Shown one piece after another: positions 1 to 8,731 of a DNA stretch of 28,012 bases. This DNA comes from Planctomycetota bacterium (GTDB taxonomy: Bacteria; Planctomycetota; B15-G4; JADJEK01). Made by a program: the position numbers and the translations under genes. The stretch covers positions 1 to 28,012 of the forward strand of contig JBGAIQ010000068.1 in the NCBI GenBank assembly GCA_044225365.1, in the 5' to 3' direction. The notes beneath the pieces are model-generated. The model was not told where the DNA came from, searched no databases, and worked only from the letters and a program-made list of their open reading frames with translations. Numbering within the stretch: the stretch's first letter is position 1; the number at the start of each line of letters is the position of its first letter.

Positions 1-199
1 CATCTTCTTCTTTGTCCCCTTCCCCGGGACCGCCACGCTCCAGCGTGGCATCTTCTTCTTTGTCCCCTTCCCCGGGACCGCCACGCTCCAGCGTGGCAGC
101 CATACCATATGCCGGGCGGAGCCCGGCGCTCCCACATTTGCCGGGCGGAGCCCGGCGGCCCGGCAGGCCTCCCCGGGACCGCCACGCTCCAGCGTGGCA
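1..199. repeat. REP/REPIN-like palindromic repeat cluster, including a 48-bp tandem duplication (1-48, 49-96)
   Basis: Motif A GGGACC-GCCACGCT-CC-AGCGTGGC-A (8-bp stem) lies at 26-50, 74-98 and 175-199. Motif B GCCGGGC-GGA-GCCCGGC lies at 111-127 and 140-156. The first motif B copy reads GTGGGAGCGCCGGGCTCCGCCCGGCA on the minus strand, with the GTGG leader typical of GTRG-family REPs. The cluster may continue left of the window. Confidence 0.85.
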
Positions 200-339
200 G
201 CCTCTTCGTTTCCCTCAAACTCATGCGCTCAAGGACCCAACTCGGGACGTTGGAAAGCCCGCGCGAATCTCGGCGCTCGAGATCGTGAACCGCTACACTC
301 GCCGTCGAAGAGCGGTGCACTGACCGGAAGGGCGCCATC

Positions 340-3243
340 GTGCGCACGGGCGATTCGACCGAGATGCCACGCGACGACGAGCCTCGCGAGATCTTCGCGA
401 GGTTCGTCGGTGAGCATGGCCTGTCCGACGATGCGGCGTACCAGCGACTGATCGCCGCTCATCCGGCGTACGCGTTGGAGTTCGATCGATTGCGCGCGGA
501 ATTGCGCACGACGAAGGCCATCCCGCACGAGCCGGAGGCGCGGGCGCACACTCCCCAGGTCGACATCGCATCGCGGGTCCGCACGCTGCTCGACACGCTC
601 GAGAAACTCGCGGGTCCGAGTGGTCGATTCGAGGATCGCGGCGAAGTCGCGCGCGGCGGGATGGGGAAGATCCATCGGTTCTTCGATCCGTTGCTGCGAC
701 GCAGCATAGTGAAGAAGTTCGTCCTCCCACGAGAGGATGCGTCGTCCCATCAGGTCGCACTCGGACGCTTCCTCGAAGAGGCGCAGATCACGGCGCAGCT
801 CGATCACCCCGGCGTCATCCCGGTGCACGATATCGGGGTCGACGGGTCGGGCGGACTGTGGTTCTCGATGCGTCTCGTGCGCGGCGAGGACCTGCGCTCG
901 ATCTTCGACAAGGCCCGAAACGAAATCGACGGCTGGAACCTCACGCGCTGCATCGGCGTGATGCTCCGCATCTGCGAGACGATGGCGTACGCGCACGGCA
1001 AGGGCGTGATCCATCGCGATCTCAAACCGACGAACGTCATGGTGGGCCGATTCGGCGAGACCTACGTGATGGACTGGGGACTCGCGCGCGTGCTGAGCGC
1101 CCCGGACTCGCGAGACCTGCGTATTCGGCCCGACTCGCCCGTCACCGCGAGCGAGGTGAAGAGCGACCTCCGCGACCACGAGACTCCCGATTCGCCCCTG
1201 ATCACGATGGACGGTCAGGTCATCGGCACTCCGGTGTACATGTCGCCCGAGCAGGCATCGGGCGATGTCGAGAACGTAGGACCGCTCTCCGACGTCTACT
1301 CCGTGGGCGCGATCCTCTACGAACTGCTCGCCGGGCACATGCCGTACCTCCGCCCGGGCCGACAGGCGAGCAAGCGGTCGATCCTGCAGTGGGTCCTGAA
1401 CGGTCCTCCGGAGAGGATCGCCGACGTCGCACCGCAAGCGCCGGCGCCGCTCATCGCGATCTGCGAGAAGGCGATGCAACGCGACCGGCACGCACGCTAC
1501 GCGAGCATGTTCGACCTTGCGGAGGATCTGCGGGCGTGGCTCGAAGGGCGAGTCGTGGCGGCGCACGAATCGGGACGCGTGGCGCACTTCGTTCGTTGGG
1601 TCGATCGCAATCGAGGCTTCGCTGCGGCGCTCGCCGCTTTGCTCGTCGCGATCTCTCTTTCGGGATACCTGCTCGCCTACTTCCGCTCGCGCGAGACCGA
1701 GAAGGAACGGCTCGATGCCAAGGAATCTTCCCTCCGCGGCGCGGGGGCGATCGCCGAACGCCTGCTGCGGGAGTTCGACGGGCCCTGGCCGATCGAGCCC
1801 GCGACCGTCCCGTCGCTCTCGCGCTGGATCGGCGAGGCCGAGAGCCTCATCGCGCGGACGGATGAGTTCACTCGCGAGCTGGAGCTGCGTCGCCGCGCCG
1901 GGGATTCGACGGCAAGCGAGGGAGCGATCACGGAAGGCATCGTCATCGAGAGCAAGCGGATCCAGAACCTCCTGGATTCGCTCGTCGATATCGAAGCCCA
2001 TCTCGCGCCGGCGACGATCGAGCCCGGGCAGCGCGCGATGTTGACCGCCCTGAAGGACGGCTTGTCTCGCGAACTCGACTTCCGCATGCGATCCAAGCAT
2101 CGAATGATCTGGGAAGCCGACCTGCACAAGGTCACCTTCTCGAACGCCGAAGAGCAGCGGCGATACGACGAGCTCGCGCGCCTCGTCCACGTCGTCGAAC
2201 GTATCGCGATGCCCGATGAAGGGCTGCTGACGATCCAACGCAACCGATTGGCCGCCTGCTCCCAGGTCGCGCGTCGCTCGCTCGTCGAACATGCCGCCGA
2301 TTGGGAGCGGGCGATCGCGGAGATTGCCGACACTTCGAGGAGCCCTCGGTACAACGGCCTGAAGCTGAAGCCTCACCTCGGTCTCGTCCCGCTCGGTAAG
2401 GATCCGCGATCGGGACTCTTCGAATTCTGGCACGTGGCCTCCGGTGAGATGCCGGCGCGGGGATCGAACGGGGAGTTCGCGATCGGCGCCGACACTGGAC
2501 TCGTCCTCGTGCTGGTTCCGGGCGGTCACTACGTGATCGGAGCGACCGCGCACTCGGGCGCGCGGAGACACGATCCGGCGGCGCTCGCGGACGAGTTCGT
2601 GTTCGAAACCGATCTCGAGCCATTCCTGCTCTCGAAGTACGAAATGACGGTGGGTCAGTGGCTACGTCTCACCGATACGATGCCGAATCAATATCACCCC
2701 TTGGTGAGCGGCGCGCAGATCGCGCCTTTCAGCATCTCGAATCCGGTCGAATCCGTGAGCTCCAATTCGGCTCTGCGGCGACTTCGCGATTGGGGTCTGA
2801 CGCTTCCCACACAAGCCCAATGGGAGGTGGCGGCGCGCGCGGGGACCGAGACGGCGTATTGGTGGGGGTCGAGTGCCGAGATTTCGAACTCGATCGCGAA
2901 CATCGTCGATTGCACGACCGAGAGATCGGTCTGTCCGCGCGACGACGGATTCCCCGCCCACGCTCCCGTCGACGCGTTCCCCACGAATCCCTTCGGCTTC
3001 CATTCGATCCTGGGAAACGTCGCGGAGTGGTGCTCGGACTGGTATCTCGCCGAGCCGGAACCGCAGCATTCCGTCGGCGCGGAAGGAAAACTCGAACCGG
3101 CCTTCCTCGAGTATCGCGCGTATCGCGGCGGCAGCTTTCTCGATCTGCCGTCCGCGGCGCGCGCGTCGGCTCGCGGCCACGCGCCACCCGACGTGCAGTT
3201 GGGTCAAGTCGGAATTCGGCCACTTGCCATGATTCAACGTTGA
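340..3243 (+). CDS. Membrane-anchored Ser/Thr protein kinase with a C-terminal FGE-sulfatase (SUMF1/EgtB/PvdO-like) domain
   Basis: Kinase motifs VARGGMG, HRDLKPTN, DWG, GTPVYMSPE and SDVYSVG; TM segment GFAAALAALLVAISLSGYLLAYF; FGE-fold motifs FLLSKYEMT, LPTQAQWEVAARAG, NPFGFHSILGNVAEWC and RGGSF...GIRP. The start may instead be the ATG at 364. Confidence 0.9.
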   Translation: MRTGDSTEMPRDDEPREIFARFVGEHGLSDDAAYQRLIAAHPAYALEFDRLRAELRTTKAIPHEPEARAHTPQVDIASRVRTLLDTLEKLAGPSGRFEDRGEVARGGMGKIHRFFDPLLRRSIVKKFVLPREDASSHQVALGRFLEEAQITAQLDHPGVIPVHDIGVDGSGGLWFSMRLVRGEDLRSIFDKARNEIDGWNLTRCIGVMLRICETMAYAHGKGVIHRDLKPTNVMVGRFGETYVMDWGLARVLSAPDSRDLRIRPDSPVTASEVKSDLRDHETPDSPLITMDGQVIGTPVYMSPEQASGDVENVGPLSDVYSVGAILYELLAGHMPYLRPGRQASKRSILQWVLNGPPERIADVAPQAPAPLIAICEKAMQRDRHARYASMFDLAEDLRAWLEGRVVAAHESGRVAHFVRWVDRNRGFAAALAALLVAISLSGYLLAYFRSRETEKERLDAKESSLRGAGAIAERLLREFDGPWPIEPATVPSLSRWIGEAESLIARTDEFTRELELRRRAGDSTASEGAITEGIVIESKRIQNLLDSLVDIEAHLAPATIEPGQRAMLTALKDGLSRELDFRMRSKHRMIWEADLHKVTFSNAEEQRRYDELARLVHVVERIAMPDEGLLTIQRNRLAACSQVARRSLVEHAADWERAIAEIADTSRSPRYNGLKLKPHLGLVPLGKDPRSGLFEFWHVASGEMPARGSNGEFAIGADTGLVLVLVPGGHYVIGATAHSGARRHDPAALADEFVFETDLEPFLLSKYEMTVGQWLRLTDTMPNQYHPLVSGAQIAPFSISNPVESVSSNSALRRLRDWGLTLPTQAQWEVAARAGTETAYWWGSSAEISNSIANIVDCTTERSVCPRDDGFPAHAPVDAFPTNPFGFHSILGNVAEWCSDWYLAEPEPQHSVGAEGKLEPAFLEYRAYRGGSFLDLPSAARASARGHAPPDVQLGQVGIRPLAMIQR

Positions 3244-3292
3244 ACGAGACGAATTCGTAGCCATTGTCACGCCGATCGAAGGGACCAGCAGA

Positions 3293-3862
3293 ATGTCGAG
3301 TTCATTCGCGAAGAAGAGTTCGGTGGTGCTCCTCGGTCTTCTTGGCGCCGTCGCCGCATGGACCCAACTCAGTAAACGTCTCGATCGATTGACCGCTTCG
3401 CTCGAGGAGATCGCGAAGGCGCTGAATCACCGACTCGAGCAGAGCATGCTCGGCGCGATCCACGTCGTCGTCTCGGCGCAGGCTCAACCCGTGATCATGA
3501 TCGGGATGGGAAAGACGAAGGCCGTGACGACGAGCGAGGTCGTCACCTTGAGCGTCGCGTTCTTCGACCTGGCTCACTCACCGACTGCGGTGACTTTCGG
3601 CAATCCGAATTGGACCGAGAGCGGTTGGCCGGTGAGGATCGAGCCGGGCAGCACGATCGCGCCCACGCTGACGTATTCGATGACAGGAACTCCGACCTGC
3701 ACCCTCGAGGTCGGTTCGATCCGCCACGTCATTACCGAAGCCTCTGAGCTCGATCCCGCGACACCGAGCATCTTCCACTACAACCTCGACAACGAGACCA
3801 TGGCCCTACAAGTGATCTACCACCGGTTCTCGTGTGTGATCCCCGTTCACGCCGCGAATTGA
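3293..3862 (+). CDS. Hypothetical protein (N-terminal hydrophobic anchor or signal, short coiled coil, beta-rich C-terminus)
   Basis: 189-aa ATG-started ORF 49 bp downstream of the kinase; protein-like composition; KK followed by the hydrophobic stretch VVLLGLLGAVAAW. No family recognised. Confidence 0.7.
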   Translation: MSSSFAKKSSVVLLGLLGAVAAWTQLSKRLDRLTASLEEIAKALNHRLEQSMLGAIHVVVSAQAQPVIMIGMGKTKAVTTSEVVTLSVAFFDLAHSPTAVTFGNPNWTESGWPVRIEPGSTIAPTLTYSMTGTPTCTLEVGSIRHVITEASELDPATPSIFHYNLDNETMALQVIYHRFSCVIPVHAAN

Positions 3863-3905
3863 GGGTCGTGCGGGTCAGGGAGGATGCGGGGCGGTCCGGG
3901 ATCCT

Positions 3906-3997
3906 GGGACCGCCACGCTCCAGCGTGGCAACCATTCCATATGCCGGGCGGAGCCCGGCGCTCCGGCATATGCCGGGCGGAGCCCGGCGCTCCCACA
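3906..3997. repeat. REP/REPIN-like cluster (one motif A, two motif B)
   Basis: Motif A at 3906-3930; motif B with its tail at 3943-3964 and 3972-3994. Segment 3906-3964 matches 74-132 at 57 of 59 nt. Confidence 0.85.
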
Positions 3998-4031
3998 TAT
4001 GGCGGTCCGGGCGGACGCTAGGATCGCGCGC

Positions 4032-4868
4032 ATGGCGTTCCTTCTCTCCCATCAGATCCTGACCGCGCGCGCGAGCGCGCGACCGCCCCATCGCCGGCTC
4101 TTCCTGCTGCATGGCATCTACGGCTCGGGGCGCAATTGGAAGACCTTCGCGACGAATCTCGCGGAGGCGCGGCCCGAGTACGAGATCGTGCTCGTCGACC
4201 TGCGCAATCACGGAGCCTCGCAGAACGCTCCGCCGCCCCACACGATCGCGGCGTGCGCCGACGATCTGCGCGTCCTCGCCGATCAACTCGGTGGCCCTCC
4301 CGAAGTCGTCTGCGGTCATTCGTTCGGCGGCAAGGTGGCCGTTCTGTACGCGCAGCGTCACGGCGAAGCGCTGAAGAAGCTCCTCGTGCTGGACAGTCCG
4401 CCGGGGCGCGGCAGGCCCGAGGAGCCGACCGCCACGGAGGCCGGCAAGGTCCTCACCGTGATGAAGAGGATGGCGCTGCCCGTGAAGAGTCGCGCGGAAG
4501 CGGCGAGGGAGATCGCGGCGCAGGGCGTCGCGCCGGCCGTGGCGCAATGGATGGCGACGAATCTGCGGGTGGTCGAGGGCGGCTACGAATGGCACTTCGA
4601 TCTGCCGGCGCTCGAAGCGATGCTGCGCGACTACTGGGAGGTCGACGGATACTCGTTCCTCGAGAATCCGCCGCGATCGCTCTCGATCCATTTCGTGCGC
4701 GCCGAGCGCAGCGACCGTTTCGCGCCAAGCGACATCGATCGGCTCGAGCGGCTCGATCATGAAGGCAAGCTGCACCTTCACGTCCTCTTGAACGCGGCGC
4801 ATTGGCTGCATGTCGACAATCCGGAGGGCTTGCTCGCGATGGTGACGGAGATCCTCGACGGACCCTGA
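4032..4868 (+). CDS. Alpha/beta-fold hydrolase (YbfF/ABHD11-like esterase)
   Basis: Motifs LLHGIYG, DLRNHG, nucleophile elbow GHSFGG and catalytic-His region AAHWLH. The ATG at 4032 was chosen because TAGGAT lies 7 nt upstream. Confidence 0.88.
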   Translation: MAFLLSHQILTARASARPPHRRLFLLHGIYGSGRNWKTFATNLAEARPEYEIVLVDLRNHGASQNAPPPHTIAACADDLRVLADQLGGPPEVVCGHSFGGKVAVLYAQRHGEALKKLLVLDSPPGRGRPEEPTATEAGKVLTVMKRMALPVKSRAEAAREIAAQGVAPAVAQWMATNLRVVEGGYEWHFDLPALEAMLRDYWEVDGYSFLENPPRSLSIHFVRAERSDRFAPSDIDRLERLDHEGKLHLHVLLNAAHWLHVDNPEGLLAMVTEILDGP

Positions 4869-6371
4869 TCAGCGCGAGGCGCCGAGATCGATTCGCGTGC
4901 GATGACCCTGTACGACCTCGAATCGCGCGGTCTTCGCGACTCCCTCGACGCTGTAGCGCAGGACGAATCGGCCCACGGGCAATCGAAACGTCGTGCGGTA
5001 GGTCTTCCCCGCGGCGAGCGTCTTCACGCGCTCCCACGAGCTGCCGCCCGCTTCGACCCATTCCACTGCGCGTCCGATGTCGAAGTCGAGGTCCGGCGCG
5101 CTGAGATCGATCAGCTTCACGTCGCGCAGGTCGTTCGGCACGCGGACCTCGCTGAACTCGCCGGGGGTCACCGCGAACAACACTTCGCGAGAGGCCGACG
5201 CGGGCAGATCGATGACGGTTCCCGTCGGCGCGAACTCGCCGTCGGAATCGGGCATCGCGAGGATCGTGTGCTGGCGCGCCTCCAGCAGATCGAACGCGAA
5301 CAGGCCGTTGTCGCGATCCGAGTCGGATGCGGAGCGCAGGGTCTCGAAACGCGGCGGATCGAAACTCGCGATCTCGTAGATCCAGACGTCTGGGACGGGA
5401 TCACCGTTCGGATCGACGACGCTGACCGACAGTCGCTGCGCGAAGCCCGTGCTCTCGATCCGGAATGTCAGTTCCGCCGTCCCGACCGAGCGCGCGACGG
5501 CGACGCCCTTCTGAACGAGTTTCGCCATTCCACGCCCGGCGAGTTCGAGATCGACGGGCTCGTCGAAGGCGACCGCCACGCGAATCGAATCGCCGACGTC
5601 GTTGGCGACGCTCTCGTCGTTGACGCCGCGCTGGACGTGGAGTTGGAGGTTCATCGAATCGCGCGCATCCTTCACGCACGACAACTCCGGCGGCAACGCG
5701 ATCTTCACCTCGAGGATGCCGTACGGGAGCGTGAGGCGCAGTCCCTTCTGCGGCGCGGCCACGAGCGCGATCGGAGTGGCGCACGCCGTGATCCACCACA
5801 CGTCCTCGCCCTGCAGATCGACGAAGAGGTCGTAGGACGTCCCATTCTGGAGTCCGAAGAGCGCGAACTCGCCGAATGCGTCGCAGCGCTCTCGCGCGCC
5901 TTCGTCCGCATCGACTTCGCCGAAACAATGATCCGCATACGCGCTCGACGGACAGCGATCCTCGACGTGGCGCAGGGCCGTGACCCTGGCGCGAGGAACC
6001 GGATGTCCGGCGCCGTCCAGGACCACTCCGCTCAGATAACCGACGGTCGTTTCGCCGCTCGCCGATGCGCTTCCTCCCTGCGAATCGAGAGCCGCGTCGG
6101 GCGTCGGCAAAACCTCCGGCGTGCTCCGCACGACGGCGCTCGCGGTAATGGCGGGTAGGGTGGTCGCGATGGGCTCCGTCGACGCAGAAGGCTCGACGAC
6201 GGGCGGCGGATTCGAGGAAGTGGCGAGCGGAACGTCTTGCTTCCCGCCACGCAGCGTCATTCCCGCGATCGCCATCCCGGCGATCGCGAAGGCGAGGATC
6301 GAGAGCCGAATGCGCCGCCTCGTGCGAAGCAGTGAATCGCTCGTTCCGGCAGATTTCGTATCGCTCGACAC
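4869..6371 (-). CDS. Membrane-anchored or exported protein with carboxypeptidase-regulatory-like (transthyretin/CnaB-type) beta-sandwich domains
   Basis: Basic RRR then a TM helix (LSILAFAIAGMAIAGM), a Pro/Ser/Thr linker, and repeated signatures LSGVVLDGAGHPVPRARV...DAFGEF and VSVVDPNGDPVPDV...DNGLF. Confidence 0.72.
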   Translation of the reverse strand: MSSDTKSAGTSDSLLRTRRRIRLSILAFAIAGMAIAGMTLRGGKQDVPLATSSNPPPVVEPSASTEPIATTLPAITASAVVRSTPEVLPTPDAALDSQGGSASASGETTVGYLSGVVLDGAGHPVPRARVTALRHVEDRCPSSAYADHCFGEVDADEGARERCDAFGEFALFGLQNGTSYDLFVDLQGEDVWWITACATPIALVAAPQKGLRLTLPYGILEVKIALPPELSCVKDARDSMNLQLHVQRGVNDESVANDVGDSIRVAVAFDEPVDLELAGRGMAKLVQKGVAVARSVGTAELTFRIESTGFAQRLSVSVVDPNGDPVPDVWIYEIASFDPPRFETLRSASDSDRDNGLFAFDLLEARQHTILAMPDSDGEFAPTGTVIDLPASASREVLFAVTPGEFSEVRVPNDLRDVKLIDLSAPDLDFDIGRAVEWVEAGGSSWERVKTLAAGKTYRTTFRLPVGRFVLRYSVEGVAKTARFEVVQGHRTRIDLGASR

Positions 6372-6489
6372 GGCAGCCCTCGCGGCGCCCGACTAATTCC
6401 CCTGACCATCGAGCACAAGGCCGGTGGAGCTTGAGTCTTCATTCGATCGTCACGCCAAAAGCCCGTGTTTCGTTCCTGAGGCGCGACAT

Positions 6490-7473
6490 TCATCCGCGGG
6501 ACGCGCGAGAAAGGCGGTCGGCGATGGCGGCGCCGAGGCCGATGGGCGGCGGAGATTCCGCGACGATTCGCTCCAGTTGGAGGGTGTCGAGTCTGCGCAT
6601 CGCCGAGAAAAGATTCGAGGCTGCCTCTTTCAAATCCCCCGATTCGGAAAGCGATTCGATCACCGTGAATTCCTCGGGCGAAGTCGGTCGGCCCAGGCCG
6701 AGCCAGCCGATTCTTGCGTTGGGTTTGCGCGCGGGCTCGCGGCCCGCGAGGTAGAGCGGCGTGCGCGTCGCGTAGTGGCTCTTCAGCATCCCGGGCGAGG
6801 GCATCGAATACCCGCTCGACTCCTCACCGGGCGTGAGGCGTTCGACGGGACCGATGACGGCCTCGATCTCCTCGATCGGGACGCCTCCCGGGCGCAGCAG
6901 TTTGGGCCTGGGATCGAGCGCGAGGACCGTCGATTCCACACCCGTGCGACACGGACCGCCATCGAGCACGAGATCGACTTTCGATCCGAGCGAATCGCGA
7001 ACGTGGGCTGCCGTCGTCGGGCTCACGGCGCCGAACGGATTGGCCGACGGCGCCGCAATGGGCAATTGAACGGCGCGCAGCAATGCGAGCGTGAGGGCGT
7101 GGTCGGGCACTCGCAGCGCGACGCTCGGCAGCCCCGCCGTGACGATGTCGGGAACGATTCGCTGCTTCGGCACCACGATCGTGAGCGATCCCGGCCAGAA
7201 CCGCTTCGCGAGCTTCTCCGCGGTCAGGGTCCACTTGAGCGCGAGCGCGCGGGCCGACATCTCATCCGGAACGTGAACGATCAACGGATCGAAGCGGGGA
7301 CGCTCCTTGATCTCGAAGACGCGAGCCACCGCGATCGGGTCGAGCGCGTTCGCACCGAGGCCGTAGACGGTCTCGGTCGGAATCGCGACGACGCCGCCCT
7401 TGCGCAGCAGCGCGGCCGCAGACGCGATCGCCGCTTTCTGTTCGAGGGTGAATTCGCTGGAATCGCTGCTCAT
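6490..7473 (-). CDS. sua5: L-threonylcarbamoyladenylate synthase, Sua5/TsaC2 (YrdC plus SUA5 domains)
   Basis: VAIPTETVYGLGA, KERP..PLIVH, FWPG.LT, VALRVP, APSAN, linker PSPGMLKSHY and C-terminal SUA5 region (AASNLFSAMRRLD...GLGAAIADRL.RA). Start placed at ATG 7473, with TACGTT 6 nt upstream. Confidence 0.95.
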   Translation of the reverse strand: MSSDSSEFTLEQKAAIASAAALLRKGGVVAIPTETVYGLGANALDPIAVARVFEIKERPRFDPLIVHVPDEMSARALALKWTLTAEKLAKRFWPGSLTIVVPKQRIVPDIVTAGLPSVALRVPDHALTLALLRAVQLPIAAPSANPFGAVSPTTAAHVRDSLGSKVDLVLDGGPCRTGVESTVLALDPRPKLLRPGGVPIEEIEAVIGPVERLTPGEESSGYSMPSPGMLKSHYATRTPLYLAGREPARKPNARIGWLGLGRPTSPEEFTVIESLSESGDLKEAASNLFSAMRRLDTLQLERIVAESPPPIGLGAAIADRLSRASRG

Positions 7474-7527
7474 GCTAGAAACGTAGGGATCCGTTCCGGA
7501 CCCGGCAGTTGGACAGGGAGTAACGAC

Positions 7528-8649
7528 ATGATAGTCCCCCACCTCCTACTTCTGTTGCTCGCTCAGGAACCAGCTCCACCTTCGACCGCGACGCCGGTCG
7601 AAGCCGAGGCGGACGCGCGATTCCTCGCCGCCGACACGAATCACGACGGGAAGATCTCGCTCGAGGAATGGCAGGGTGCGGGGAAACGCGATCCGAAAGG
7701 TGTCTTCTTCCACCGCGTCGACACCGATGGCGACGGGTTCGTGAGCAAGGCCGAGGCCGCCGCGGCGCGCGATCGCGTGACGAAGTACTTCGCGGGCAAG
7801 ACCGATCTCGATCCGAGCGGAATGACCATCACGAGCGATGTGCCGTACGCAACGATCGAGGGCGTCGACCCGAAGCTGCTGAGCCTCGACGTGTACGCCC
7901 CGGAGACGAACAAGCTGTCCTTGAAGGCCTCGAAACACCCCGTCGTCGTGATGATCCATGGCGGAGGATGGAGCCTCGGCGACAAGGGCAATGGCGCGGC
8001 GGCGGCGACCAAATCCCGATTCTTCGTGGATCACGGCTACGTATTCGTCTCGATCAACTATCGCTTGTCCCCCGCCGTCACCCACCCCGCGCACGTCGAC
8101 GACTGCGCCGCCGCGATCGCCTGGACCCACGATCACATCGCGGAGTACGGCGGCGATCCCGACGCGATCTTCGTGATGGGACACTCGGCGGGAGCGCACC
8201 TCGCGGCGCTCGTCGCGGTCGACGAGACGCGCCTGAAATCGCATCGACTGCCGCTCACGACGATCAAGGGCGTGATCCTCCTCGACAGCGCCGCCTACGA
8301 CCTCGCCCGCACGATGCCGTCGCTGCCGGCGAGCGGATCGATCCACGAGATGTATTTCGAGGCGTTCGGCGCCGACGAGAAGGCGTGGAAGGACGCGTCG
8401 CCCTCCGCGCACGTCGCGAAGGACAAGGGCATCCCGCCGTTCCTCGTCTTCTACACGGGTCGTGCGCTCGCGAAGGAGCGCTCGGACGAGTTCGTCGCCG
8501 CGCTCGTCACGGCGGGCGTGAGTGCGACGGACTCCCTCGCGAAGGGCCAGGATCACGCCGCGATCAATCGCGAGTTCGGAACCGAGGGCGACGCCGTCAC
8601 GGCCCGTTCGCTCGAATTCCTCGAGGGACTGCGGCACAAGCAGGACTGA
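7528..8649 (+). CDS. Exported EF-hand-containing carboxylesterase (HSL/BD-FAE-type alpha/beta hydrolase)
   Basis: RBS AGGGAG at 7515-7520; signal-like LLLLLLAQ; EF-hands DTNHDGKISLEE and DTDGDGFVSKAE; hydrolase motifs IHGGGW, INYRL, GHSAG and GQDH. Confidence 0.88.
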   Translation: MIVPHLLLLLLAQEPAPPSTATPVEAEADARFLAADTNHDGKISLEEWQGAGKRDPKGVFFHRVDTDGDGFVSKAEAAAARDRVTKYFAGKTDLDPSGMTITSDVPYATIEGVDPKLLSLDVYAPETNKLSLKASKHPVVVMIHGGGWSLGDKGNGAAAATKSRFFVDHGYVFVSINYRLSPAVTHPAHVDDCAAAIAWTHDHIAEYGGDPDAIFVMGHSAGAHLAALVAVDETRLKSHRLPLTTIKGVILLDSAAYDLARTMPSLPASGSIHEMYFEAFGADEKAWKDASPSAHVAKDKGIPPFLVFYTGRALAKERSDEFVAALVTAGVSATDSLAKGQDHAAINREFGTEGDAVTARSLEFLEGLRHKQD

Positions 8650-8731
8650 CGACGATTCGCCGATTGCGCCTCCCCCCTCCCGCGGGAGGATGATGATCCG
8701 CTTCGACGGGCGCGACGGTACGCTTCGCGCG

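Noticed and set aside
1-199. CRISPR array (palindromic repeats at about 48-bp period; a Cas4-like gene is in the window)
   Set aside because: The intervening sequences are identical or are repeats themselves, spacing is irregular, and copies are dispersed and inverted. There is no cas1 or cas2. A REP interpretation fits better.
12-323. 103-aa ORF or remnant of a sigma gene upstream of the kinase
   Set aside because: It is mostly translated repeat sequence and has no convincing sigma region 4 motif.
229-2571. Long antisense or alternate-frame ORFs (also 4902-6158, 8822-10360, 16999-19755, 20034-22724, 24688-26115)
   Set aside because: They are shadow ORFs of well-supported genes in GC-rich DNA, Arg-rich and without recognisable motifs.
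3000-3243. Diversity-generating retroelement target (C-terminal FGE/CLec fold, with an RT fragment in the window)
   Set aside because: I saw no template repeat differing at adenines, and the RT fragment is attached to group II intron domains V and VI. A remote template elsewhere in the genome cannot be excluded.
6424-7527. N-terminal extension giving a 741-aa esterase
   Set aside because: It is antisense to sua5; the supported start is ATG 7528, with an SD and a signal-like peptide.
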